A stretch of DNA of 64,000 nucleotides, taken from positions 1-64,000 of the forward strand of contig QPMI01000233.1 in the NCBI GenBank assembly GCA_004431415.1, read 5' to 3'. The notes beneath the pieces are model-generated. The model worked only from the letters and a program-made list of their open reading frames with translations. It was not told the origin of the DNA and made no database searches. Positions 38,701 to 49,573 of this stretch are shown piece after piece. Source of the stretch: Cyanophora paradoxa CCMP329 (taxonomy: Eukaryota; Plantae; Glaucophyta). The translations under genes and the position numbers were made by a program. How positions within the stretch are numbered: position 1 is the stretch's first letter; every line of letters starts with the position of its first letter.

Positions 38701-40039
38701 AATACACTTTGAGAATCGCTCGTTTCATAGCTGCGATTCTCAAAGTGTATTCTCTGAGGATCTGCAGCTGATCGGTCTGGTCTGATCTGATCTGATCGCC
38801 CCCGGCCCGGCCCGCAGCGTGCGCTGGAGATCGACGAGCGGGCGCTTGGGCCGGCCCACCCCGAGCTCGCCGGCGATCTCTCTTCCCTCGCTCTCCTCCT
38901 CCAGGCGCGCTCACGGTCGGGCGGCCCTTTGTGCGACGGGCGGGCCATGAGACCGCGGCTCTTATAATTAGATCTAATATAAAGACGAGCTTGTCGCGAC
39001 GGGCGGAATCTAGATCTAAAGATCTAGGACGGATGACAATTTAATCCGATCCGATCCGGATCCGGTCCGACCCGCGCCGGGCGATAGGTCCAAAGACCGT
39101 GGTAGCCATGAACCCGTGCCGGAACGCTTTAGAGAGCGCCATCCGCTCCGGTCCGGACCGGTTGCCAATCTGAACTGATCCGACCCGGTCCGGCGGCCGC
39201 GCAGGTGGGCGGGGCGGGGGAGGGCGGGGCCCCCGAGAAGCTCGAGGAGGCGGATCCGGAGCTCCTCATGAGGGTGCGAACTGAACGAAGGCGTTTAGCG
39301 AGGGCATAAAGGAAACCTCGAATTCGAGGGCATAAAGGAAACCTCGAATTTGCGGGCTCGAGGACGTAAAGGAAATCTCGAGCCGCGCCGCCTTCGCTGA
39401 TCTCGCGGGTGCGCGCGCGTGGCGGGCAGCGGGCGCTGGGGGTCACGGAGGGGGCGCGCGGGCCGCGGCACCGCAACGCGGCCCGCGAGCTCGCCAACCT
39501 TGCCGGCCTCTGCGCCGAGACGGTGCCCCCGCCCGCTCGACTTCAACGTTAACCTTGCGCCTTCTCTTCAAGTGGAATATAAATTACATAGGGGAATCTA
39601 AAGACGGTGACGCCTTGCACGAGGATAAATAAACGATGCCGTCCAAGCCTGATCTGATTTGATCCGATCCGATCCGATCCCAACCGATCCGATCTGATCC
39701 GATCTGATCCGATCTGATCTGATCCGATCTGATCTCTGATCTGACCCGCCCGCCCGCAGGACCGCCTGGACGAGGCCACGGGCCTCCTCGAGGTGCAGCC
39801 CGCGCCACCTGCCCCGCCCCGCCCCGCCCGCTTCATAGCCGAGCTCGCGAGCTCTAAGACGCGAGCGCTAGCCCCGCCAGCCAAGCTCGCTCTAGACTCT
39901 AGCGCTAGCCCCCCCCGGCTTCAGCCCTTCCTAACTTTGCGGGCAGCGGGCGCGGAAGATCCGGCGGGCTGCGCTTGGCCCCCGCCACTGGCTCAGCGCC
40001 GGCTGCGACTGCGACCTCGCCAAGATCCGCCGCAAGCAG

Positions 40040-40071
<32 letters not shown>

Positions 40072-43000
40072 CACCCCACCCCACCCCCCCCACCCCCCAC
40101 CCCCACCCCCCCACCCCACCCATCCTCCGCTCTCCCTCCCGCCGCCTGCGATTGCTGACCGGTCCTTCCCTTTCCCCCGCAGGGGCGGCTGGAGGAGGCG
40201 GAGGGTTTGCTGCGGGGGGCGCTGGGGCCCTTGGGGCGGCCCTCGACCCCGCCCACCCCGTCACCTCCGCTGCCACCATCCAGGCCCGCCCCCGCCCCGC
40301 CCCGGCCCCGCCACCCGCCCCGCCCCGCCCCGGCCCGCCACCCGCCCCGCCCCGCCCCGCCCCTCGCTAAATCTGTAGCTCAAGCGCGGGCCCGGCCCGC
40401 TTTAGATGTCGGCCCGCCCCGCCCCCGCCTTCTCGCGCCCCGCTCTCGCGTCCCCGCTAGAAGGCCCTCAGAGCGCTACAACGCCATCGCGGCTCGTCCC
40501 GTCCCGCTCTGACGGGGGCCGGGGGGCGGGCGGGGCCGCAGCTGGGGGACGTCCTGCGGGCCCGGGGCAGGCTCGCAGAGGCCGAGGCGACCTACAAGGT
40601 CCGCCTGTTTGTAGCCACCCCCGCCTGTAATCAAAGCATTATAAAAAGCTTGAACAAAGCTTGCTTGAATCAACCGAAGAACACAGAATAAACTCATTCT
40701 GCGCTAAACCAAAAGACAGCGTGAGCTAGACTCGCAGACTAAACACTGGAAACTGATTTGCGCTTAAACCTATAAACCAAAGAGTATGTGAGCTGATGCG
40801 AGCGCGCGTGGCGCAGGGCGCAATCGCGGTGCGGGAGGCGCAGGCGCGGGCCGGCCGCGCCCAGTTCAAGCAGCAGGCGCGCCGCGACGCCCGCCTACCC
40901 CTCCTTCTATTCCCTCCCCCTGTACGCTGAGGGCGGGTCGGCAGCTGGTGACTCTCTACTCCTCCCTCGCGGACCTGTACGAGGAGCAGGTTCGAATCCG
41001 AACCCGAGCTCTAGGGCCTCCCGCCCCGAATTGAACCGCCTTCGTTTCCCGGTGTTGATGTGGCGGGGCGGGGCGCGCGCGCAGGGGCGGCTCGACGAGG
41101 CGGAGGTGGCCCAGCGCAGCAGGGTCGCCGCGTTCGACGTGCGCCCCTGATTATAATAAGCCTCTAGGACCGGATATGAATATATCATCTAGGACGTGGG
41201 GTATAATAAGCCGAGGTGGCAGCTCGCCGCTCTTAGACGCCTTTAGTAAGCTTGGGCCCGGGGCCCGGGAAGCCTCTAATAAGCCTTTTAGAAGAAATGC
41301 CATACAAGTCCAGCCGAAATTAAAGCGGAGCACAGCGAGTGACTGGCGCGAGACCGGGCAGGTAGGAAGTGCATTTTAGATCAGCCGAGATGAAAAACAT
41401 TTTTGGTCTCCCGCCAGAAGCTCGCCGCGCAAAAGTTGGCCTCGGAAGTCGCTGCGCCCCGGCCCCCTCTTCAGCCCTCCATCGCTCTGGGCCAGCCCGC
41501 CGCCCCGCCCCGCCCCAAGATCCCCGCCCGGCCCGCCTTGTCCCGCCCCGCCCCGCCCCGTGCTGAACGCGTCCTTGCCCTCGCTGCGCAGCTGCAGCTG
41601 CAGGCGCGCTTCGACGAGGCCGAGGAGCTCCTCCGCGTGCGGCCCCGCGGCATCTAGATCTTGAGATCTTCAAGCATTCCTCTTAAGATCTTTAGGTCGG
41701 AGATCTTTGAGTGTCTGTAAGATCTTTAGGTGGGAGATCTTTGACTATCTTCAAGATCTTTATATCTCTAGATCTTAAGATCTTTAGATCTTAAAGATCC
41801 GCTCCTGGAGCTCCTCCGCGTGCGATTCTTGAGTGTCTGCAGATCCTCAGAGAATACACTTTGAGAATCGCTCGTTTCATAGCTGCGATTCTCAAAGTGT
41901 ATTCTCTGAGGATCTGCAGCTGATCGGTCTGGTCTGATCTGATCTGATCGCCCCCGGCCCGGCCCGCAGCGTGCGCTGGAGATCGACGAGCGGGCGCTTG
42001 GGCCGGCCCACCCCGAGCTCGCCGGCGATCTCTCTTCCCTCGCTCTCCTCCTCCAGGCGCGCTCACGGTCGGGCGGCCCTTTGTGCGACGGGCGGGCCAT
42101 GAGACCGCGGCTCTTATAATTAGATCTAATATAAAGACGAGCTTGTCGCGACGGCGGAATCTAGATCTAAAGATCTAGGACGGATGACAATTTAATCCGA
42201 TCCGATCCGGATCCGGTCCGACCCGCGCCGGGCGATAGGTCCAAAGACCGTGGTAGCCATGAACCCGTGCCGGAACGCTTTAGAGAGCGCCATCCGCTCC
42301 GGTCCGGACCGGTTGCCAATCTGAACTGATCCGACCCGGTCCGGCGGCCGCGCAGGTGGGCGGGGCGGGGGAGGGCGGGGCCCCCGAGAAGCTCGAGGAG
42401 GCGGATCCGGAGCTCCTCATGAGGGTGCGAACTGAACGAAGGCGTTTAGCGAGGGCATAAAGGAAACCTCGAATTCGAGGGCATAAAGGAAACCTCGAAT
42501 TTGCGGGCTCGAGGACGTAAAGGAAATCTCGAGCCGCGCCGCCTTCGCTGATCTCGCGGGTGCGCGCGCGTGGCGGGCAGCGGGCGCTGGGGGTCACGGA
42601 GGGGGCGCGCGGGCCGCGGCACCGCAACGCGGCCCGCGAGCTCGCCAACCTTGCCGGCCTCTGCGCCGAGACGGTGCCCCCGCCCGCTCGACTTCAACGT
42701 TAACCTTGCGCCTTCTCTTCAAGTGGAATATAAATTACATAGGGGAATCTAAAGACGGTGACGCCTTGCACGAGGATAAATAAACGATGCCGTCCAAGCC
42801 TGATCTGATTTGATCCGATCCGATCCGATCCCAACCGATCCGATCTGATCCGATCTGATCCGATCTGATCTGATCCGATCTGATCTCTGATCTGACCCGC
42901 CCGCCCGCAGGACCGCCTGGACGAGGCCACGGGCCTCCTCGAGGTGCAGCCCGCGCCACCTGCCCCGCCCCGCCCGCCCGCTTCATAGCCGAGCTCGCGA

Positions 43001-43187
43001 GCTCTAAGACGCGAGCGCTAGCCCCGCCAGCCAAGCTCGCTCTAGACTCTAGCGCTAGCCCCCCCGGCTTCAGCCCTTCCTAACTTTGCGGGCAGCGGGC
43101 GCGGAAGATCCGGCGGGCTGCGCTTGGCCCCGCCACTGGCTCAGCGCCGGCTGCGACTGCGACCTCGCCAAGATCCGCCGCAAGCAG

Positions 43188-43225
<38 letters not shown>

Positions 43226-46122
43226 ACCCCCCCCCCCCCCACCCCCACCCCCCCACCCCCACCCCCACCCCCCCACCCCATCCTCCGCTCTCCCTCCCGC
43301 CGCCTGCGATTGCTGACCGGTCCTTCCCTTTCCCCCGCAGGGCGGCTGGAGGAGGCGGAGGGTTTGCTGCGGGGGCGCTGGGGCCCTTGGGGCGGCCCTC
43401 GACCCCGCCCACCCCGTCACCTCCGCTGCCACCATCCAGGCCCGCCCCGCCCCCGCCCCGGCCCCGCCACCCGCCCCGCCCCGCCCCGGCCCCGCCACCC
43501 GCCCCCGCCCCCGCCCCCGCCCCTCGCTAAATCTGTAGCTCAAGCGCGGGCCCGGCCCGCTTTAGATGTCGGCCCGCCCCCGCCCCCGCCTTCTCGCGCC
43601 CCCGCTCTCGCGTCCCCGCTAGAAGGCCCTCAGAGCGCTACAACGCCATCGCGGCTCGTCCCGTCCCGCTCTGACGGGGGCCGGGGGGCGGGCGGGGCCG
43701 CAGCTGGGGGACGTCCTGCGGGCCCGGGGCAGGCTCGCAGAGGCCGAGGCGACCTACAAGGTCCGCCTGTTTGTAGCCACCCCCGCCTGTAATCAAAGCA
43801 TTATAAAAAGCTTGAACAAAGCTTGCTTGAATCAACCGAAGAACACAGAATAAACTCATTCTGCGCTAAACCAAAAGACAGCGTGAGCTAGACTCGCAGA
43901 CTAAACACTGGAAACTGATTTGCGCTTAAACCTATAAACCAAAGAGTATGTGAGCTGATGCGAGCGCGCGTGGCGCAGGGCGCAATCGCGGTGCGGGAGG
44001 CGCAGGCGCGGGCCGGCCGCGCCCAGTTCAAGCAGCAGGCGCGCCGCGACGCCCGCCTACCCCTCCTTCTATTCCCCTCCCCCCTGTACGCTGAGGGCGG
44101 GTCGGCAGCTGGTGACTCTCTACTCCTCCCTCGCGGACCTGTACGAGGAGCAGGTTCGAATCCGAACCCGAGCTCTAGGGCCTCCCGCCCCGAATTGAAC
44201 CGCCTTCGTTTCCCGGTGTTGATGTGGCGGGGCGGGGCGCGCGCGCAGGGGCGGCTCGACGAGGCGGAGGTGGCCCAGCGCAGCAGGGTCGCCGCGTTCG
44301 ACGTGCGCCCCTGATTATAATAAGCCTCTAGGACCGGATATGAATATATCATCTAGGACGTGGGGTATAATAAGCCGAGGTGGCAGCTCGCCGCTCTTAG
44401 ACGCCTTTAGTAAGCTTGGGCCCGGGGCCCGGGAAGCCTCTAATAAGCCTTTTAGAAGAAATGCCATACAAGTCCAGCCGAAATTAAAGCGGAGCACAGC
44501 GAGTGACTGGCGCGAGACCGGGCAGGTAGGAAGTGCATTTTAGATCAGCCGAGATGAAAAACATTTTTGGTCTCCCGCCAGAAGCTCGCCGCGCAAAAGT
44601 TGGCCTCGGAAGTCGCTGCGCCCCGGCCCCCTCTTCAGCCCTCCATCGCTCAAGGCAGCTCAAGGCCCGCCCAGGCCCCCCCGCTCCCCCCAACTGCCCT
44701 TCCCGGGACTCGAACGCTGGGGCAATAAGACGCCGGCCGGGCGCACTGCTAGCTCGGCTAGCTCGCCGCGAAACTGGCCTTTTCGTCGTCGCCTTTGTAT
44801 GGCCATACATCTAGGAAATTTTTGTACCGCGTCCGCGAGAGACTGAGCATTGGATATGCATTAAGATGCGTACTAGCTCGTGTTAAGCGCTTCGGTCTCT
44901 CGCCAATCGCTCCCCCTAGTTTAATCGGGCCGTACCGAACAGATTAAAGAGAAGCATCGTATGAAATTGAAATGACCGTATTTTATATATATACTAACGC
45001 CCTTCAATCTCGGCGCCGGCACCCCGCGGCCGCGCGCGCCCCGTCCGATCCGACCCGATCCGATTGGATTCGCGCAGGTGGTGTTCGGGGGCAAGGGCCT
45101 GGCGGGGGCCGGCATCCGCCTTCCTCGAGGTGCCCGGGAGGGCTCTCATTCGTTGCAGCAAAGGAATTAAATGTTCTTTGGAAAAGCTTCTAGAATCATA
45201 GAAAGCTTAGTAAAGCTCGCTGCGGCTCGAGTTTGGAGTCCCCTGCAGCTGGACCTGGACCCGGCCCCTGCGACCTCCCTCAGAGTCTGACCCGACCGGG
45301 GCGCAGCGGCGCTCTGGCGAGGCGGCGAAGGTCGGGCCCCTGGAGGAGGCCCTTGCCCTCCTCGAGGAGGAGCAGGCGCGCCCGGCCCCCGGTCCAGAGG
45401 CGGGGGGGATCGAACTAGAGGCTAGGGGCTAGGGTTAGAGCCGGGGCGGCTTGAGCGGCTTGAGCTTCTAGCTTCCAGGGCTAGCTAGACAGAGGCCGGG
45501 GGGGATCGAACTAGTAAGCTTAAGAGTCCCCAGCTCCATTACCCCCCCTCCCGTCCTGCCCCCACCCAGCGCTTCCCTTCTCGGCCGAGGGCGCAGAGGG
45601 CGTTGCGGGCGCTGCGGGCGGCGGGATCTAGATCTTAATCTGATACAGCAGAAAGATGGAATCCTTCTAGTTTAATCCGCGGTTCTTTAGAGACGGCTTC
45701 TTAAAAAGGCGCTTCGCAGGGGGCGCTGCGGGCGGCGGGGCGGGGCGCGGAGGCGGAGGCGCTGGGCGAGCGCTACCGCGGGAGCATCGAGCGCGAGGCC
45801 CTCCAGCAGCGGCTCCAGCTCCTCCAGGTATAGCTTATAGCTTTTCATGGCTCACTTTAGCTTATAGCTTATGATAAGCTGTACTATAGGGCTTCTAGGA
45901 TTCTCTATCCGATCCAGCTCCTCAAACCGTTGACTTATATGAGATCCTTTGATGCGAACTGATTTGATTTTGACGCAGCTGCTAATGGGGATGGCGCGCA
46001 TGAGGGAGGGCGGCGAGGAGGAGGAGGAGGGCGAGGAAGGGGACGGGGCCGACTCGCGCTCGGCCGCCCCGCGGTCGGAAGACGGGGAGGAGGAGGCGGG
46101 CACCCGCCCCCGGACGTCGTGA
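29798..46122 (+). CDS. DUF4062-NACHT(STAND)-TPR protein, NPHP3/TTC41-like, with an N-terminal acylation motif
   Basis: Starts MGCNCS. DUF4062 motifs VRVFLSST|FKDMQPEREAL...PVDLR|WGIT...ICLEEV...GRYG...SVTEHEI. Walker A VLGESGCGKS at ~32395-32425 and Walker B LVLAVDAVDQ. Also NPLFLTVALELLR, HGMAEAELQQLL and GLLGFFH. Kinesin-light-chain-type 42-aa TPRs follow (RALEVREGAYGPEQPAVAQSLRNLA). An acidic tail ends at TGA 46120-46122. A few homopolymer indels break the frame and may be sequencing errors. Confidence 0.85.
38336..44651 (+). repeat. Near-identical 3.15 kb intragenic tandem duplication (38336-41487 and 41488-44651)
   Basis: Both copies begin TGGGCCAGCCCGCC and end CCCTCCATCGCTC. Identical shadow ORFs are offset by ~3152 bp. 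Differences are essentially homopolymer-length changes. Confidence 0.95.
39648..39745 (+). repeat. (GATCT/GATCC)n pentamer microsatellite in an intron (second copy at ~42800-42895)
   Basis: Directly visible array ending just upstream of the acceptor CCCGCAG. Confidence 0.9.
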
Positions 46123-46718
46123 ACGGCTGCGGCGGGCCCCTTCGCACAGCTGAGCTTGTTAGGCGGTGGCCAGCTGCTACTTCCGATCAATAATTCTTCT
46201 GCCTTCTCATGCTTCTCCCATCTGTTGATGTAGATTTCTCTGGGCTTGCAACTTACCCTTTTTTCCCTGTTAATCGATCTGCTTCTCCACTTTACAACTA
46301 GTATTCGCTCGCTTCTAGTGTCAGATGTTTAGTAGCTTCATTCTCTCACATATCACAGTGTACAGGCCTTCCATGATTTACGATTCTTTGCAGGGCTGTG
46401 CAGCTGCAGGGTGGTCTCGCATATTAACAGTAGTACAATGAACTGTAGTACCTTTTCACCACAGTACCAGGCCAGGCTGGGAAATTGCAACTCGGCAAAC
46501 GCCGCTTACCTTTTGCTGCCAAATTTGACATTTGCAACCTGCGAACTACGGCTGGTGTGAGCCTGGAGAAGCGAAACAATGCCACTGGAAACATCGCCCA
46601 ATGGTGTAATTGTACATTTCATTTGTTGAGTAGTACAAAATCAAGCTGGCAGAAAAGCCAATCGATTACCACAGCGTGGGACCCTTCCGCTGGCGGAAAA
46701 TGCCAATATATTACTACA

Positions 46719-47126
46719 GCGAGTCGAGTCAAAAAGCTTCAGTCTGAAACTCGGGCAATTTGGTGATTGCTCAATTTAAATCATACAGGATGGGTACGTC
46801 AAAATCCCCAGTCGGAAACTCGAGCGATTTGGTGATTGGTCAATTTAAATCCATCGAGTTAAAAGCTGTATATATATATACGTACGGTCTGTACCCAGCT
46901 AGCAAGCGGGGGGGGTGCGGGGGGGGGGGGCGGAGCCCCCCGTGCTTGTCTTCAGCGTGCTATAGTATCACGAGTTAGGCCGAGTATACCTGCAGTTTCC
47001 TATCCACGCGAGTCGAGTCAAAGAGCCCCAGTCTAAAACTCGGGCGATTTGGTGATTGGTCAATTTTAACTCAGGTGTACTTGTACCCAGGTAGCAAACG
47101 AGGGGGGGACGGGGGGGGGCGGAGCC
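46719..47126. repeat. Probable transposon-end relic: three ~60-bp repeats plus two G-rich GGGGGGCGGAGCC motifs
   Basis: GTCAAA..CAGTC..AAACTCG.GC.ATTTGGTGATTG.TCAATTT occurs at ~46728, ~46798 and ~47017. GTACCCAG.TAGCAA.CG(G)n..GGCGGAGCC occurs at 46891 and 47083. Confidence 0.55.
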
Positions 47127-47207
47127 TGACTTGGCCTTGCTATAAACTATTTTTTAAGATCTTCGGTGGGCGTACCCACTCGTAGTACACAATGAGGACA
47201 CAAGTCA

Positions 47208-49573
47208 GATTCCCTTGGGGGGTACGGGGTTGCGAGGGCCGCCTCTGGCGGCGCCCTAGTGCGCCCCGCGGGGGACAGTGCTTAGCAGCTTCGTCTTCTA
47301 CAGCCTGCTGGCGTTCCGGCAAGCCCGGGATCATCGCGCCCGCTGGCAGCTAGCGCAATCTCGGGAAGGATCGACAGCCGCGCCTGGCGGGTCCGGCGCC
47401 GATCTGGGCTCGTCCTGGATTCCCTCGGGGGGGTACGGGGTTGCGAGGGCCGCCTTGGCGGCGCCCTCGTGCGCCCCGCGGGGGACAGTGCGTAGCAGCT
47501 TCCTCTTCTGCAGCCTGCTGGCGTTCCGGCAAGCCCGGGAACATCGCGCCCGCTGGCAGCTAGCGCAATCTCGGGAAGGATCGATAGCCGCGCCCGGCGG
47601 GTCTGGCGCCGATCTGGGCTCGTCCTGGATCGTGCGCCGTGCGCGTAAGGACGCCCCGGGCGCGGCGGATCCCCCGCGTGCACGCAGGTTGCTCTTCGGT
47701 CGCACCATTCAACAGCGTCCAGCAGAGTAGAAGGCTGCAGAGCCGAAGCGAGTAGGATCGCCTTAGTCGCCAGCTGACGCCAGCCTCACCGCCGCCTGCT
47801 GCGCGGGGGCCCGTCGCGCCATCCGGCGCTCTCCCAGCTCGCGTCACCAACCCCTCCCGGCGCGCGGTTCCTCCTCTCCGCATCGCCTCCGGGTTCTTGT
47901 CCCTTGGCGGCCCGTGCTTCTCTTCCCCCCCGCGGGCACCCGGGGCGCTCGCAGGCGGATCGGAGACGGCAACATCCGGCGCGGCTCGCGGCGGCCTGGG
48001 GCGCGGTCTCGGCGGCGGCGCATCGATCCTCACGTACTGCGGCGGGAGCTCGAGGATGAGGGACTCCGGCGCGCGGTGGCGGCTTGCTCCTGGCAAACCG
48101 CTCCCGCGGCGGCCCCTCGTGGGTCGCCGCGGGCGGAGTTGGGGGCGAAGCACGCCACCCGCAGTCGCCCTCCTTTCTCTTTCTCTCGCCCTAGATATAG
48201 AAGTAGGAGTAGGCGACACGCGCGACGCTACGTTTTCTTTTTCATCGCCGCCTTACTCTGAGGTTGGGTTTCTTCGCAGATCCTTTCCTGCTTCCTGACT
48301 CCCTTTTAGAGGGATGTGCTCTTATGCATCCTGTTGTAGGCTGTTCGCTGGATAGGCAGGCTATCGGAAAACGAGAAACCTTGCTCGCGCAGTCTATTGA
48401 CAGGACTCTCTTAGGGTGGGCTCATGGCCAGCTGTTTTGCTACTTTCTACTTCGTAGCGAGGCAGACTGGTAAACTTCGGTTTAGGTAGATTCGACTTGT
48501 CTACTTTCGGAAGGGCCCGATAGATTGATGTGGTAGTGCCGTCAATATATCGTCATTTTTGCAAAAAAAAAAACAACGATCTGGGCTCGTCCTGGATCAT
48601 CGGATCGTACGCCGTGCGCGTAAGGACGCCCCGGGCGCGGCGGATCCCCCGAGTGCGCGCAGGTTGCTCTTCGGACGCACCATCCAACAGCGCCCGGCAA
48701 AGTAGAAGGCCGCACATGCGGAGCGAGTAGGACCATTCCTTCCGCCAGATGACGCCGGCCTCTCGATGACCGGCGGCCGCCGAGGTTCCGCCGCGCGGGG
48801 GTCCTCCTGTGCGTCTCCTCCGGCGCCGGGACTCTCCTCTCTGCTCCGCTCTCGGGTCCTCGTCCTCCGGCGGCCCGTGTCTCTCTCCTGCGGGCACCCG
48901 GGGGCGCCCGCCGGCGGGTCGGCGACGGTGGAGCCTCGCCGCGGCCGCGCTGCGATCGGGGGCAGGTGTCTGGCGGCGGCGGACTGGTTCTCACGCACTG
49001 GTGGCGGGAGCTCGAGGAGGAGGAACCGCGGCGCGAGGTGGCGGCTCGCCCCTGGCAAACCACTCCAGCGGTGGCCCCGCGCGGGTCGCCGTGGGCGGAG
49101 TTGCAATTGGGGGCGCCGCGCGCCACACGCAGTCGCCCCCCTTTCTCTTTCTCTCGTCCTAGATATAGAAGTAGGAGTAGGCGACGCGCGCGACGCTACG
49201 GTTCTTTCTTTCTCGTCGCCTATCTCTGAGGTTGGGTTCCTTCGCATATCCTTTCCTGCTTCCTTGACATGCCTCGTAGGGATATGCCTCTTGCATCCTG
49301 GAATATAGGCTAGTATGTACTGATGTGTACGTGGGCAGGCTATGGCTATCCCCAAAAACCTTGCTCCCCGCAGTACATAGGTCTGTTTTTCAGGACCTTC
49401 TATGAGGATGGGCCCATGGGCAGCTGTCTTGCTATTCTCTACTTGTTAGTGAGGCAGACTGGTAAACTTCGGTTTTAAACCTCGGTTTTGGGTAGATTCG
49501 ACTTCTCTACTTTCGGAAGGGTCCGGTAGATTGATGTGGTAGTGCCGTCAATATACCATAATTTTTGCAAAAA
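47208..49573 (+). mobile_element. Non-autonomous non-LTR retroposon (SINE/LINE-derived), composite structure A-A-B-(A)n-B'-(A)n
   Basis: Flanked by the 17-bp direct repeat AATGAGGACACAAGTCA (47191-47207 and 49574-49590). It ends in an A-tract. It contains two 210-bp monomers and two diverged ~1 kb bodies, each ending TTTTTGC(A)n. No RT or endonuclease ORF. Confidence 0.8.

Noticed and set aside
40190-40285. Frameshifts suggesting the NACHT-TPR gene is a pseudogene
   Set aside because: The breaks are single-base changes in G/C homopolymers, typical of long-read error. No in-frame stops were seen in the exons examined.
40985-41005. GGTTCGAATCC tRNA T-arm/B-box-like motifs (also ~44153, ~61088, and minus strand ~21880 and ~57795)
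   Set aside because: No acceptor stem, D-arm or anticodon arm. They coincide with splice junctions or intron filler.
46719-47072. CRISPR-like spaced repeats
   Set aside because: Only three degenerate ~60-bp copies with irregular spacing, in a eukaryotic context with no cas genes.
47208-47627. Retrozyme or hammerhead interpretation of the 210-bp monomers, and a partial HDV-like fold around GCGCCCTCGTGCGCCCCGCGG
   Set aside because: No CTGAnGA/GAAA core on either strand. For the HDV-like fold I could not find a convincing P2 or J4/2, and a simple hairpin explains the pairing.
47560-49355. ORFs inside the retroposon
   Set aside because: No RT, endonuclease or gag motifs, and frames are not preserved between B1 and B2.
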